DNA of 64,000 bases from an uncultured Chloroflexia bacterium (GCA_963713975.1 OY970218.1:2688001-2752000); one strand, 5' to 3'. Counted from the stretch's first letter, positions 17,857 through 27,172 are shown. Notes: a model not told the origin generated them from the letters alone. A program made the numbers and translations.

Positions 17857-19632
17857 ATGGCTCGTATCGTCATCGACCCGGTCACCCGTGCCGGCGGCCA
17901 GCTGCGGGTGGAGGCGGACGTGACCGGCGGTCGCGTGACCGGGGCATGGTCCTCCGCCACCATGTTCAGGGGCATGGAGAACGTCCTGCGCGGTCGGGAC
18001 CCACGCGATGCCTGGCTCCTGGCACAGCGCGTCTGCGGCACCTGCACCGGGGTCCACGCCCTCGCGTCGGTCCGGGCCGTGGAGCAGGCGCTGGGCATCA
18101 CCATCCCCACCAACGCCCGCCTCATCCGAAACATCCTTGCCGGCACCCTGGTCGTCCGCGATCACGTCATGCGCCTGTACCAGGAGGGACTTCCGGACTG
18201 GGTCGACACGTCGGCCGCCGTCTCCGCAGACGTGACGGCAACGTCCCGCCTGGCGCGCGCAGGCAGCCCCTGGCCCAACGCCGGAGCGGACTACTTCCAG
18301 GGCGTGCGAGACCGCCTGACGGCGATCGCCACATCGGGCCAGCCCGGCCCGTTCGCGAGCGCCTGGCCGGGTCACCCCGCCTATCGCCTGAGTCCGGAGC
18401 AGAGCCTCATCCTCGTGGCCCACGTGCTGGAGGCGTTCGACTGGCAGAGCGACTTCATGCGCATCCACGCCCTGCTGGGCGGCAAGGACCCGCACCCGCA
18501 GACCTACCTCGTCGGCGGCATGGCGCTAGTGCCACCGTGGGGCGGTCCGGCTGCGTCGCAGACGCGCCAGCACCCGCAGGTCCCGGACCGCAACGCCCCG
18601 CTCGCGCTGAGCAGCGATGGCATCGACCTGATGCGCCGGTTGGTCGCCGGGGCCAGGACGTTCGTCGAGCAGGTCTATGACCCGGACGTGCGGATGCTCC
18701 TCGACGCCTACCCGGAGTGGATCTCGACCGGCGCGGGACCCGGCAACTTCCTGTCCTTCGGCGAGTTCCCGCTGGATGACGAGGCCGGCGCGGCGAGGCT
18801 CCTTCCCGGGGGACGGCTGATGGACGGCAACCTGGAGCGTGCCGAGCCAGTGGCCGAGACCGCGGTGGCCGAGAGTGCCTCGCACGCCTGGTACACCTAC
18901 GGCACCGGCGACGCCTCGCTGCGCCGCCCGGCCGAGGGGGAGACCGCCCCCGACTTCACCGTCCCGGAGCTGCCGCTCAAGGAGCTCGACGTTCGCGGGA
19001 AGTACACGTGGGTCAAGGCAGCCCGCTATGACGGGCGCGTGATGGAGACCGGCCCTCTCGCCCGCGTACTGGTGGCCGCCGCCAACGGCCAGGCCGACAT
19101 CCGCCAGGCGCTCGGTGAGAGGCTCACGGACCTCGGGCTCGAGTCCGCGGCACTGACCGGTGCGCTCGCGAGGACCCTCGCACGCGCGATCGAGGCCGAG
19201 GTCGTCGTCCGCAAGCTGGATGGCTGGCTGTGGGAGCTCCGGTCGAACCTGGCGACGGGCGACGTGTCCGTGACCAGCATCGAGCTCTGGGATCCCGTCG
19301 CGTGGCCGTCGGAGGCCGTCGGCTTCTCGCTCGGCGAGGGCCCGCGTGGGTCGGTTGGCCACTGGATCCGGATCAAGGACGCCGTCATCGACCACTACCA
19401 GCTGCTGGACGGCTCGACGTGGAACGCGTCGCCCCGCGACGGCCTCGGTGTCGCCGGCCCGATGGAATCCGCGCTCGCGGGCCTCGACGTTGCCGACCCC
19501 GCGATGCCAGTGGAGCTGCTCCGCGTTATCCACTCCTTCGCGCCGTGCGCCGCGTGTGCCGCTCACGTCTTCGACCCGGGGGCTGCCTCCCGACGCCCTG
19601 GCCCTGCCCATCCCGCGGAGGGGATCCGATGA
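17857..19632 (+). CDS. group 1 [NiFe]-hydrogenase-like large subunit with divergent active-site residues
   Basis: L1 QRVCGTCTGVH; L2 SFAPCAACAAH plus a 21-aa tail; GPRG, GGKDPHP and METGPLAR motifs. Confidence 0.9.
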   Translation: MARIVIDPVTRAGGQLRVEADVTGGRVTGAWSSATMFRGMENVLRGRDPRDAWLLAQRVCGTCTGVHALASVRAVEQALGITIPTNARLIRNILAGTLVVRDHVMRLYQEGLPDWVDTSAAVSADVTATSRLARAGSPWPNAGADYFQGVRDRLTAIATSGQPGPFASAWPGHPAYRLSPEQSLILVAHVLEAFDWQSDFMRIHALLGGKDPHPQTYLVGGMALVPPWGGPAASQTRQHPQVPDRNAPLALSSDGIDLMRRLVAGARTFVEQVYDPDVRMLLDAYPEWISTGAGPGNFLSFGEFPLDDEAGAARLLPGGRLMDGNLERAEPVAETAVAESASHAWYTYGTGDASLRRPAEGETAPDFTVPELPLKELDVRGKYTWVKAARYDGRVMETGPLARVLVAAANGQADIRQALGERLTDLGLESAALTGALARTLARAIEAEVVVRKLDGWLWELRSNLATGDVSVTSIELWDPVAWPSEAVGFSLGEGPRGSVGHWIRIKDAVIDHYQLLDGSTWNASPRDGLGVAGPMESALAGLDVADPAMPVELLRVIHSFAPCAACAAHVFDPGAASRRPGPAHPAEGIR

Positions 19633-20480
19633 CGATCGTCGCCCAGGAGCCTGCCGCCACGGTCCCGGAAGACCCGGCCGGCACGACCGCGTCCACCGTT
19701 GTGGACGCGGCTCAGGTGTCACCCGGACCCGATGCCGGCCACGGGGACGCGACTGCGGGGCACGGGGCGCACGAGATCGAGAACCCGGACCAGCGGGTCC
19801 GCCTGATGGTGTGGCAGATCCCGGTGCGGGTCACCCACTGGGTCACGGCCAGCTGCATCGTGGTGCTGAGCCTGACCGGCGGCTACATCGCGGACCCGTT
19901 CCTCATCCCGGCCGGCGGCGGCGTGATGTCCACCGTCCGCCTGATCCACATCATCGCCGCCCTCACGTTCCTGCTATCGGGCCTGGTGCGCACGTACTGG
20001 CTGCTGGCGGGGAACCGCTTCTCGCGATGGACGGCGTTCATCCCGACCTCGCGCTACCAGGCCACTGAGCTCTTCCGCCAGGCCGGGTTCTACGGCTTCG
20101 TTCGGCCCGAGATCCCCAAGGTGCTGGGCCACAACCAGCTGGCCGCGACCGCGTACCTCGTGCTGTTCGGGCTGCTGCTGGTCGAGACCGTCACCGGTTT
20201 CGCCCTCGATGGCCTGATGGGTGCCGAGCCGGGCGCCACGCTGTTCGGCTGGCTGCGCGAGCTCGTTGGCGCCCAGCAGCTGCGTCTCATCCATCACCTG
20301 GCGATGTGGCTGATCCTGGCGATCGCCCTGTTCCACGTGTACAGCTGCGTCCTGGTGGATCACATCGAGCACAACGGCCTCATCTCCAGCATCGTCAGCG
20401 GCTTCAAGTTCCCGACCCGCGAGGAGGTCGTCGAGTCGCGCGACGGCGGACCGGAGCTGCTGGACCGGGTGGAGCCGTGA
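19629..20480 (+). CDS. hydrogenase b-type cytochrome subunit (HyaC-like)
   Basis: VW..PVRVTHW, RLIH, GHN, RLIHH and FHVY heme His motifs; SIVSGFK. Confidence 0.9.
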   Translation: MTIVAQEPAATVPEDPAGTTASTVVDAAQVSPGPDAGHGDATAGHGAHEIENPDQRVRLMVWQIPVRVTHWVTASCIVVLSLTGGYIADPFLIPAGGGVMSTVRLIHIIAALTFLLSGLVRTYWLLAGNRFSRWTAFIPTSRYQATELFRQAGFYGFVRPEIPKVLGHNQLAATAYLVLFGLLLVETVTGFALDGLMGAEPGATLFGWLRELVGAQQLRLIHHLAMWLILAIALFHVYSCVLVDHIEHNGLISSIVSGFKFPTREEVVESRDGGPELLDRVEP

Positions 20481-21028
20481 CGGTCACGCAACGGAACCTG
20501 GTCGTAGTCGGGGTGGGCAACGTGCTGCTGGGCGATGACGCTGCCGGTGTCCGGGTGGTCGAGGGTCTCGAGGCCCTGGCTGGACGTGACCCGCATGCGT
20601 TGCCGCCGGAGACGCGGCTCGTGGATGGCGGGACGCTGGGCACGGACCTCCTGCCGGTCATCGATGGCGCATCCGGCGTGGTGCTGGTCGATGCCGTCCG
20701 CCTGGGTGGGGCGGCTGGATCGGTGAGCGTGCTGCATGAGGACGAGATCGATGCTCTGGGCGGATTGGCCGACGGCGGCAGCACCGGTGCCGTGGGCGAG
20801 CTCGTGGCGACCGCCCGCTTCCTGGGACGGCTGACCGGGCCGCTATCGCTGGTGGGTATCGAGGTGGCAGAGGTCGAGCCCGGGCTGGGCCTCTCCGGCG
20901 CCGTCGACCGGGCGCTGCCGGTCGCGATCGAGGCCGTCCGCGGCGAGCTGCGCCGCATGGGCGGGTCGTGGCAACCAGCCATGGATGGTGGCGCCAGCAA
21001 CGCACGAATGGCAGGGGCGACGGCATGA
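20477..21028 (+). CDS. hydrogenase maturation protease (HyaD-like)
   Basis: VGNVLLGDDAAG, VDGGT, VDAV and GLS..V motifs; the usual SxH His is absent. Confidence 0.88.
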   Translation: MTVTQRNLVVVGVGNVLLGDDAAGVRVVEGLEALAGRDPHALPPETRLVDGGTLGTDLLPVIDGASGVVLVDAVRLGGAAGSVSVLHEDEIDALGGLADGGSTGAVGELVATARFLGRLTGPLSLVGIEVAEVEPGLGLSGAVDRALPVAIEAVRGELRRMGGSWQPAMDGGASNARMAGATA

Positions 21029-21768
21029 GATCAAGATTCGACCGCACGCTGCGGCTGCTGATCCTCGCGAACATCCTCGTGGTCGCGCTGCTGGCCGGCA
21101 CGATGGTGCTGGACTGGCTGCGGGTGATCCCTGCCCGCGGCACGGCCGACGCAACGACCGCCCCCGCCGTGTCGCCCACGCCCGAGACGATGCAGATGGG
21201 CCTCGCCCACATCCCGACCTCCAACAGCTGCCTCCTCTGCCACCAGAGTGGCGGTGCCGCCGAGCTCAAGACCATCCCGGCAATCGGGCACCAGCTCGAA
21301 GGGTGGACGGCGTGCCTGACCTGCCATACCGACGAGTCGCTTGGCCGCCAGGCACCGGGGCACGTCGGGATCGCGGAGACCGAATGCCTCAACTGCCACA
21401 AGGTTGCCCAGGACGGCCCGGCGATCACCCAGGCCCACGCCGACCTTCACGAGGCCTGTCTCGACTGCCATGGCAGCGTCGCACACCTGCCGTCGAGCAT
21501 GGTGGGCCGCAACCAGGACGAGTGCTGGCTGTGCCACAAACCGAACCCTTCGCCGCCGCCGACCAAGCCGCATCCCGACCCGCAGAACCTGACCTGCCGC
21601 TCGTGTCACCAGTCCGCGGAGGCGGGTGCGCTGCCGATCGACCACGCCCTGCGCGAGGACTCCACCTGCACCCTGTGCCACGACATCGACGGCTCGGCCG
21701 TGCCGAGCCCAAGTGCCGTGGAGCCCGACGGCGACGAGCTTCCATCGGCGAGCCCGAGTGGCGGCTGA
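21025..21768 (+). CDS. membrane-anchored heptaheme c-type cytochrome
   Basis: N-terminal TM helix; seven CxxCH motifs (CLLCH, CLTCH, CLNCH, CLDCH, CWLCH, CRSCH, CTLCH); ATGA coupling. Confidence 0.92.
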   Translation: MRSRFDRTLRLLILANILVVALLAGTMVLDWLRVIPARGTADATTAPAVSPTPETMQMGLAHIPTSNSCLLCHQSGGAAELKTIPAIGHQLEGWTACLTCHTDESLGRQAPGHVGIAETECLNCHKVAQDGPAITQAHADLHEACLDCHGSVAHLPSSMVGRNQDECWLCHKPNPSPPPTKPHPDPQNLTCRSCHQSAEAGALPIDHALREDSTCTLCHDIDGSAVPSPSAVEPDGDELPSASPSGG

Positions 21769-21807
21769 CGGATCCCGCAGCGATGCCGCATACGCGATGA
21801 TGGGGTC

Positions 21808-22263
21808 ATGCTGGACACGCTGATCCTCACCTGGGAGGACCTCGACGGTCTCGTCGCGCGCCTCGCCGGGCGGGTCGGGCGTGAACATGACCTGGTCCTC
21901 GCCATCACCCGGGGTGGGCTGGTCCCGGCCGGGATGCTCGCCTACCGCCTCGACCTTCGCGAGATCCTCGTTGCGGGAGCCATCTTCTACCGGCCCGAGG
22001 GCGGCACCCACCCTGCCCCCGTGATCGGTCACTTTCCGGCGGCCTCGCTCCTCGAGGGCCAGCGGGTCCTGGTCGTGGATGAGGTGTGGGAGACCGGCGA
22101 GACCATGACGGAGGTCCTGGCGAGGGTGCGGGCCGCCGGCGGCCAACCCGTCTCGGCCGTCATCCACTACAAGCCGGGCCGGTCCCGGGTGGCGGGTGCG
22201 CCGGACCACCATGCCGCGACGCTCGAGGGCTGGGTCACCTACCCGTACAAGGCCGGCGGCTGA
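21808..22263 (+). CDS. type I phosphoribosyltransferase (xanthine/purine PRT-like)
   Basis: AITRGGLVP, VLVVDEVWETGET PRPP loop, W..YPY. Confidence 0.88.
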   Translation: MLDTLILTWEDLDGLVARLAGRVGREHDLVLAITRGGLVPAGMLAYRLDLREILVAGAIFYRPEGGTHPAPVIGHFPAASLLEGQRVLVVDEVWETGETMTEVLARVRAAGGQPVSAVIHYKPGRSRVAGAPDHHAATLEGWVTYPYKAGG

Positions 22264-22275
22264 CCGGCGCCTGGA

Positions 22276-22292
22276 TCTCAGCGGCGTCTCAG
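22276..22292 (+). promoter_or_regulatory. MprA-type direct-repeat box 1
   Basis: TCTCAG-cggcg-TCTCAG upstream of the YceI gene. Confidence 0.8.
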
Positions 22293-22341
22293 CAACGTAT
22301 GGTTGTCTGAGCGACCGAGTCACCAGCCGCAGGAGTGCCCA

Positions 22342-23121
22342 ATGTCCACCCAGCGTCCCACGTCCCGGCGGGGCCCGGTCCTCGCCGTCATCGTGCTCGC
22401 CGTCATCGTCGTCGCTGTGGCGGGCATCTGGTACCTGTTCCTGCGCCCCGGGGGTCCCGCACCGGTGTCGCTGGGAACCCCGGCTCCGGACGTGCCTGCA
22501 GCGACGGCCGCGCCCGCCGCGTCCCCGGGGCCGGCGACAGGTGCACCGGGGACCGTCGCCCCCGACGGGATCACAGGGACCTGGGCCGTCGACCCGTCTG
22601 TCGGGTCGTTCGGCGACTTCTCCGGCTCCTTCGCCGGGTACCGCGTCCAGGAGACGCTGGCCAACATTGGGGCGACGGAGGCGGTGGGACGGACACCGGA
22701 CGTCACGGGCTCGATCACGATCGACGACACCACCATCACCGCCGCCGAGCTGACCGTGGATCTCACCACGCTGCAGAGCGACGAGCGGTTCCGCGACGGC
22801 CAGCTGCGTCGCCAGGCCCTCGAGACCGGCGAGTTCCCCACGGCCATCTTCACCCTCACCGAGCCGGTCGACATCGGATCGGTGCCGGCCGAGGGCACGA
22901 CCGTCGAGGTCACCGCGGCAGGGGATCTCACGCTTCACGGAGTCACGCAGGCGGTCCAGGTGCCGCTTCAGGCGCGCCTGCAGGGCGGCGTGGTCACGGT
23001 TGCCGGGTCGATTCCCATCGTCTTTGCCGACTACGGCATCGCGAAGCCCGAGGCGATGGTGGTGCTGTCCGTGGAGGACCACGGCGTGATGGAGGTCCAG
23101 CTCCAGCTCACGCGAAGCTGA
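22342..23121 (+). CDS. YceI family protein with N-terminal TM anchor
   Basis: AGGAG RBS; GYRVQE, AVGRT, LQSD..RD, FPTA.F and GDLTLHGVT motifs. Confidence 0.9.
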   Translation: MSTQRPTSRRGPVLAVIVLAVIVVAVAGIWYLFLRPGGPAPVSLGTPAPDVPAATAAPAASPGPATGAPGTVAPDGITGTWAVDPSVGSFGDFSGSFAGYRVQETLANIGATEAVGRTPDVTGSITIDDTTITAAELTVDLTTLQSDERFRDGQLRRQALETGEFPTAIFTLTEPVDIGSVPAEGTTVEVTAAGDLTLHGVTQAVQVPLQARLQGGVVTVAGSIPIVFADYGIAKPEAMVVLSVEDHGVMEVQLQLTRS

Positions 23122-23125
23122 GCGC

Positions 23126-23142
23126 TCTCAGGCGGCTCTCAG
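23126..23142 (+). promoter_or_regulatory. MprA-type direct-repeat box 2
   Basis: TCTCAG-gcggc-TCTCAG upstream of the GT39 gene. Confidence 0.8.
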
Positions 23143-23241
23143 GGAGTGCCGTTTGAATAGCCGTAGGTCGCGGCGTTCCCGGTGGCATCTCCTCCCCACC
23201 GAGAGCGCCGCGCCCTGCTGATCAGCGGGAGCCCATCACCG

Positions 23242-25137
23242 GTGACGACATCCATCGCAGCGGGCCCGGACATCGTCCGGGACGATCCCCGGCTGGCCCT
23301 GGCCTGGCGCCTCGCCCCGCTGGCGCTGGCCGTGCTGGCCGCCATCGCCTACGGTCTGAACCTGACCGTCAGCGGGTACGCGAACACCTACTACTCGGCG
23401 GCCGCCCAGGCCGGGTCGCAGAGCTGGTCCGCGATGCTGTTCGGGTCCCTGGACGCGGCCGGGTTCATCACGGTTGACAAGCCGCCTGTCTCCCTGTGGG
23501 CCCAGGGCCTCTCGGTGCGGATCCTGGGCCTCGGTCCCTGGGCGGTGCTCCTGCCGCAGGCACTCGCGGGGGTCGCCGCGGTGGTCATCCTCCACGACGC
23601 CGTCCGCCGCCAGCTCGGCCGCGAGGCGGCCCTCATCGCAGGGGTCGCATTCGCGCTCACCCCCGTCGCCGTCCTGGTCTTCCGCTACAACAACCCCGAC
23701 GCGGTTCTGGTACTGCTGCTCGTGGCCGCGGCATGGGCGCTGGTCCGGGGCCTGGAGGACGGCCGTCTCCGCTGGCCGCTGGTCGCCGCGGTGCTGATCG
23801 GGCTGGCCTTCCTCACCAAGTTCCTCCAGGCGTACCTCGTGCTGCCCGCGTTCCTCGCGACCTATCTCGTTGCCGCGCCGGGCGGGATCGGGCGAAGGAT
23901 CGCCGTGCTGGCGGCCTCCGCCGTCGCCGTGCTGGCCTCGTCGTTGTGGTGGGTGGCGCTGGTGGACCTGCTGCCGGCGTCATCGCGCCCCTACATCGGC
24001 GGCTCCCGGGACAACACCGCGCTCGACCTCCTGCTGGGCTACGACGGCCTCGGCCGGATCTTCGGAGGCGGAGGTAGCGCAGCAGCGTCCGGCGGGAGGC
24101 CAGGGGGTGGCGCCATATTTGGAGGCAGCGTGGGCCTGCTGCGGATGTTCAATGCCGAGTGGGCGGGCCAGGTGGGCTGGCTGCTGCCGGCGGCACTGAT
24201 CGGGCTGGCGACCGGCCTCGTCACGCGCCTGCGGGCACCCCGCACGGACCCGCGACGGGCAGCCTTCCTCCTGTGGGGCACCTGGGCCGTCGTCCACATC
24301 CTGGTGTTCTCGCTGATGAGCGGCATCGTGCACCCGTACTACGCGGTTGCCATCGCACCGGCAGCGGCGGCGCTCACCGGTGGCGGCGTCGTGGAGCTGT
24401 GGAGACCCCGAGCCCGCTTCGCGCCGGCGGGCCTCGTGCTGGGCGGGATGATCGTGGTGACGGCGTGGTGGTGCTGGCAGGTGCTGGACCGGACGCCGGA
24501 GTTCTGGCCCGGCGCCGGCGTGGCGGCGTTCTTCGTGGCCGTCTCGGCCGGGATCCTGGTCGCCGTCACGTCCCTGGTGGACGACCCAAGATCGCCGGGG
24601 ATTGGGTGGATCGCCCTGGTGCTGGGGGTTGGCGCCATGCTCGTCGGGCCCGTGCTCTACGCCGGCGAGACCATGGGACGGGCGATCGCGGGTGGCGACC
24701 CCGCGGCGGGCCCGAGCACGAGCCGTCCTGGCGGCTTCCCGGGCGGCCCAGGCGGCTTCCCGGGTGACGCGGCGGGCACGGACGAGCAACTCGTGTCGTG
24801 GCTCCTCGAGCACCAGGGCACGGAGACGTGGCTGGTGGCGGTCGGCTCGGCGAACCAGGCCGGGCCGCTCCAGCTGGCGTCGGGCGTGCCGGTCATGGCC
24901 ATGGGTGGCTTCATGGGCTCCGATCCCGCGCCAACGCTGGAGCAGCTCCAGGCGTACGTGCGGGATGGCAGCCTGCGGTTCGTCCTGCTCGGCGGTCGGG
25001 ACGGCGGCCCAGGCGGGTTCTTCGGCGGGGACGGGCAGGGGAGTGTGGCCGGCGAGCGATCCGACTGGGTGACGACGGCCTGCAGTCCCGTGGACGGCCT
25101 GTCCGCGACGCTCTACGACTGCCGCGGGGCCGGCTGA
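23242..25137 (+). CDS. GT-C/GT39 (ArnT/PMT, YkcB-like) membrane glycosyltransferase
   Basis: N.YYSAA, FITVDKPP, RYNNPD, RPYIGGS, GY.GL.R, HPYY and MAMGGF.GSDP motifs; start could be 23182. Confidence 0.88.
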   Translation: MTTSIAAGPDIVRDDPRLALAWRLAPLALAVLAAIAYGLNLTVSGYANTYYSAAAQAGSQSWSAMLFGSLDAAGFITVDKPPVSLWAQGLSVRILGLGPWAVLLPQALAGVAAVVILHDAVRRQLGREAALIAGVAFALTPVAVLVFRYNNPDAVLVLLLVAAAWALVRGLEDGRLRWPLVAAVLIGLAFLTKFLQAYLVLPAFLATYLVAAPGGIGRRIAVLAASAVAVLASSLWWVALVDLLPASSRPYIGGSRDNTALDLLLGYDGLGRIFGGGGSAAASGGRPGGGAIFGGSVGLLRMFNAEWAGQVGWLLPAALIGLATGLVTRLRAPRTDPRRAAFLLWGTWAVVHILVFSLMSGIVHPYYAVAIAPAAAALTGGGVVELWRPRARFAPAGLVLGGMIVVTAWWCWQVLDRTPEFWPGAGVAAFFVAVSAGILVAVTSLVDDPRSPGIGWIALVLGVGAMLVGPVLYAGETMGRAIAGGDPAAGPSTSRPGGFPGGPGGFPGDAAGTDEQLVSWLLEHQGTETWLVAVGSANQAGPLQLASGVPVMAMGGFMGSDPAPTLEQLQAYVRDGSLRFVLLGGRDGGPGGFFGGDGQGSVAGERSDWVTTACSPVDGLSATLYDCRGAG

Positions 25138-25180
25138 CGCGTCCCGAGGTGGCGTGCGGAGTCCTGGGCCCGACGCTGGT

Positions 25181-25197
25181 TCTCAGGGTGCTCTCAT
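25181..25197 (+). promoter_or_regulatory. MprA-type direct-repeat box 3
   Basis: TCTCAG-ggtgc-TCTCAT; GACGAT -10-like element begins 10 nt downstream. Confidence 0.78.
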
Positions 25198-25219
25198 CGC
25201 GCAGCCCGACGATCCTGCC

Positions 25220-26593
25220 GTGAGCGCAACGCCCTCCATCCGCCCGCGCCCGGTCCCGCTGCCCCGCACCTGGGGAGTCCATGCGCGCGACATCGTCGCC
25301 CTGCTGGTGGGCAACGGCATCTTCATCGTCCTGATGTGGGTTCGCCACGGAGCCCTCAACGAGTTCGGCTCGCTCGCCGCCGGCCTCACCGCGCTTGGAC
25401 AGCTGGCGGCCCTCGAGGGCACCTACCTCGCACTGGTGGGGATCGTCCTCATGGCCCGCAGCCCCTGGCTGGACGAGGCGTTCGGGATGGACCGGCTCGC
25501 CTGGGCTCACCGCTGGCTCGGGTTCGCAGCGGTGTGGCTGATCGGTGCCCACCTGGTGCTGACCGTCACGGGGTACGCCTTTGGCGACGGGCAGGACCCG
25601 ATCACGGAGCTGGTCACGCTGGTCATGACCTACCCGTTCGTGCTCCTGGGTCTCGTGGGCTTCGTGCTGTTCGTGATGCTGGGCGTCACCTCCGTGCGGG
25701 CCGCACGCCGGCGCGTGTCGTACGAGACCTGGTTCTTCCTCCACCTGTACGCGTACCTCGCGATCGCTCTCGCGTTCCTGCACCAGCTCCATGCCGGCGC
25801 GGACTTCATCCACGACCAGCTCGCCGCGATCTACTGGATCAGCCTGTACGTGATCGCCGCGCTCCTCGTTCTCGTCTTCCGCGTCGGCCAGCCCCTGGCC
25901 ACCTCGCTTCGCCACCGCCTGCGGGTCTCGGCCGTCGTGCCCGAGACGGCCGGGGTGACCTCGATCTACCTCGCCGGGCGCGATCTTGACCGGCTGCCCG
26001 TTCGCTCCGGCCAGTACTTCGTCATCCGCTTCCTCACCCGCGATGGCTGGTGGCGCGGCCACCCGTACTCGCTCTCGTCGGCGCCCAACGGCAACTGGCT
26101 CCGGATCACCGTCAAGGCCCTGGGCGACGACAGCACGCGGCTGCAGCGCGTGCCCGTGGGAACGCCGGTGTTCGTGGAAGGTCCCTACGGCGTCCTCACC
26201 GGCGCCCGCCGGACGCGGCCCAGGGTGACGTTCATCGCGGGCGGCATCGGGATTGCCCCGCTGCGGGCGCTGCTGGAGTCGCTCCCCGCCGCCCGCGGCG
26301 ATCTCACCCTGCTCTACCGGGCCCGCCACGAGTCGGACGTCGTGTTCCGCGAGGAGCTGCGCCTGCTTGCCGCTCATCGCGGCGCAACGGTCCATCTCCT
26401 GCTCGGCCGGCGTGGCGCAACGGGGTCCGAGAATCCCCTCGGGAGCGAGTCGCTCGCCCGTCTCGTGCCCGACATCAGCGAGCACGAGGTCTACGTCTGC
26501 GGGCCCGCCGAGATGATGCAGGCGACCGAGGCGTCGCTCCGGCGATTGGGCGTGCCGGACCGGCACATCCACGCCGAGCGGTTCGCCTACTGA
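25220..26593 (+). CDS. ferric-reductase-like transmembrane domain plus FAD/NAD-binding oxidoreductase
   Basis: TM His residues (HRWLG, GAH, WFFLH, FLHQ); HPYSLS, EGPYG, AGGIGIAP, YVCGP and HAERF motifs. Confidence 0.9.
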   Translation: MSATPSIRPRPVPLPRTWGVHARDIVALLVGNGIFIVLMWVRHGALNEFGSLAAGLTALGQLAALEGTYLALVGIVLMARSPWLDEAFGMDRLAWAHRWLGFAAVWLIGAHLVLTVTGYAFGDGQDPITELVTLVMTYPFVLLGLVGFVLFVMLGVTSVRAARRRVSYETWFFLHLYAYLAIALAFLHQLHAGADFIHDQLAAIYWISLYVIAALLVLVFRVGQPLATSLRHRLRVSAVVPETAGVTSIYLAGRDLDRLPVRSGQYFVIRFLTRDGWWRGHPYSLSSAPNGNWLRITVKALGDDSTRLQRVPVGTPVFVEGPYGVLTGARRTRPRVTFIAGGIGIAPLRALLESLPAARGDLTLLYRARHESDVVFREELRLLAAHRGATVHLLLGRRGATGSENPLGSESLARLVPDISEHEVYVCGPAEMMQATEASLRRLGVPDRHIHAERFAY

Positions 26594-26607
26594 CCTCCAC
26601 CCGGCGC

Positions 26608-26624
26608 TCTCAGGCCCTTCTCAG
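26608..26624 (+). promoter_or_regulatory. MprA-type direct-repeat box 4
   Basis: TCTCAG-gccct-TCTCAG upstream of the FMN-binding protein gene. Confidence 0.8.
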
Positions 26625-26679
26625 CGATCCGGGCAATCCTTCGGTCCAGTCCACCCACTACCCTCCAGGAGAACACGAT

Positions 26680-27162
26680 ATGCCGAAGCGGGGCGCATTC
26701 GCTCTCGGGCTCACGGCGGTTGCGCTCGTCCTCCTGCTCAACTTCCAGACGCCGTCCGCAGCACCGTCGTCGTCGGCCAATCCGGGCATCGCCCGCACCT
26801 CCAACGCGGCAGGCTCCTCGGGAACGAGTGGCTCCTCGGGCGCCGACGGCTCCTCGGGCACCGGCGGCACCGGCACCGCCACCGAGCGGCGCACGGTTGA
26901 CGGGGCCGTCGTCAGCACCCGGTTCGGGAGCGTGCAGGTCGAGGTGACGCTGGACGGCGGCACGATCGTGGACGTTGCGGCGCTCCAGCTGCCCAGCGGC
27001 GATCGTCGGACCAACCAGATCTCGTCGTACGCCGAGCCCATCCTGCGCACGCAGGCACTGCAGGTCCAAAGCTCGACCATCGATGGGATCTCCGGCGCGA
27101 CGTACACGAGCGACGCCTACGCGCGGTCGCTCCAGGCAGCCCTCGACACCGCCGGCATCTGA
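26680..27162 (+). CDS. extracytosolic FMN-binding (flavinylated) protein
   Basis: AGGAG RBS, signal/anchor, low-complexity linker, G.VQV, IDGISGATYTS flavinylation motif. Confidence 0.9.
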   Translation: MPKRGAFALGLTAVALVLLLNFQTPSAAPSSSANPGIARTSNAAGSSGTSGSSGADGSSGTGGTGTATERRTVDGAVVSTRFGSVQVEVTLDGGTIVDVAALQLPSGDRRTNQISSYAEPILRTQALQVQSSTIDGISGATYTSDAYARSLQAALDTAGI

Positions 27163-27172
27163 GCCCGACCGC

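Noticed and set aside
19540-19566. [NiFeSe] hydrogenase or selenocysteine recoding
   Set aside because: The L2 cysteines are TGC/TGT; there is no in-frame TGA
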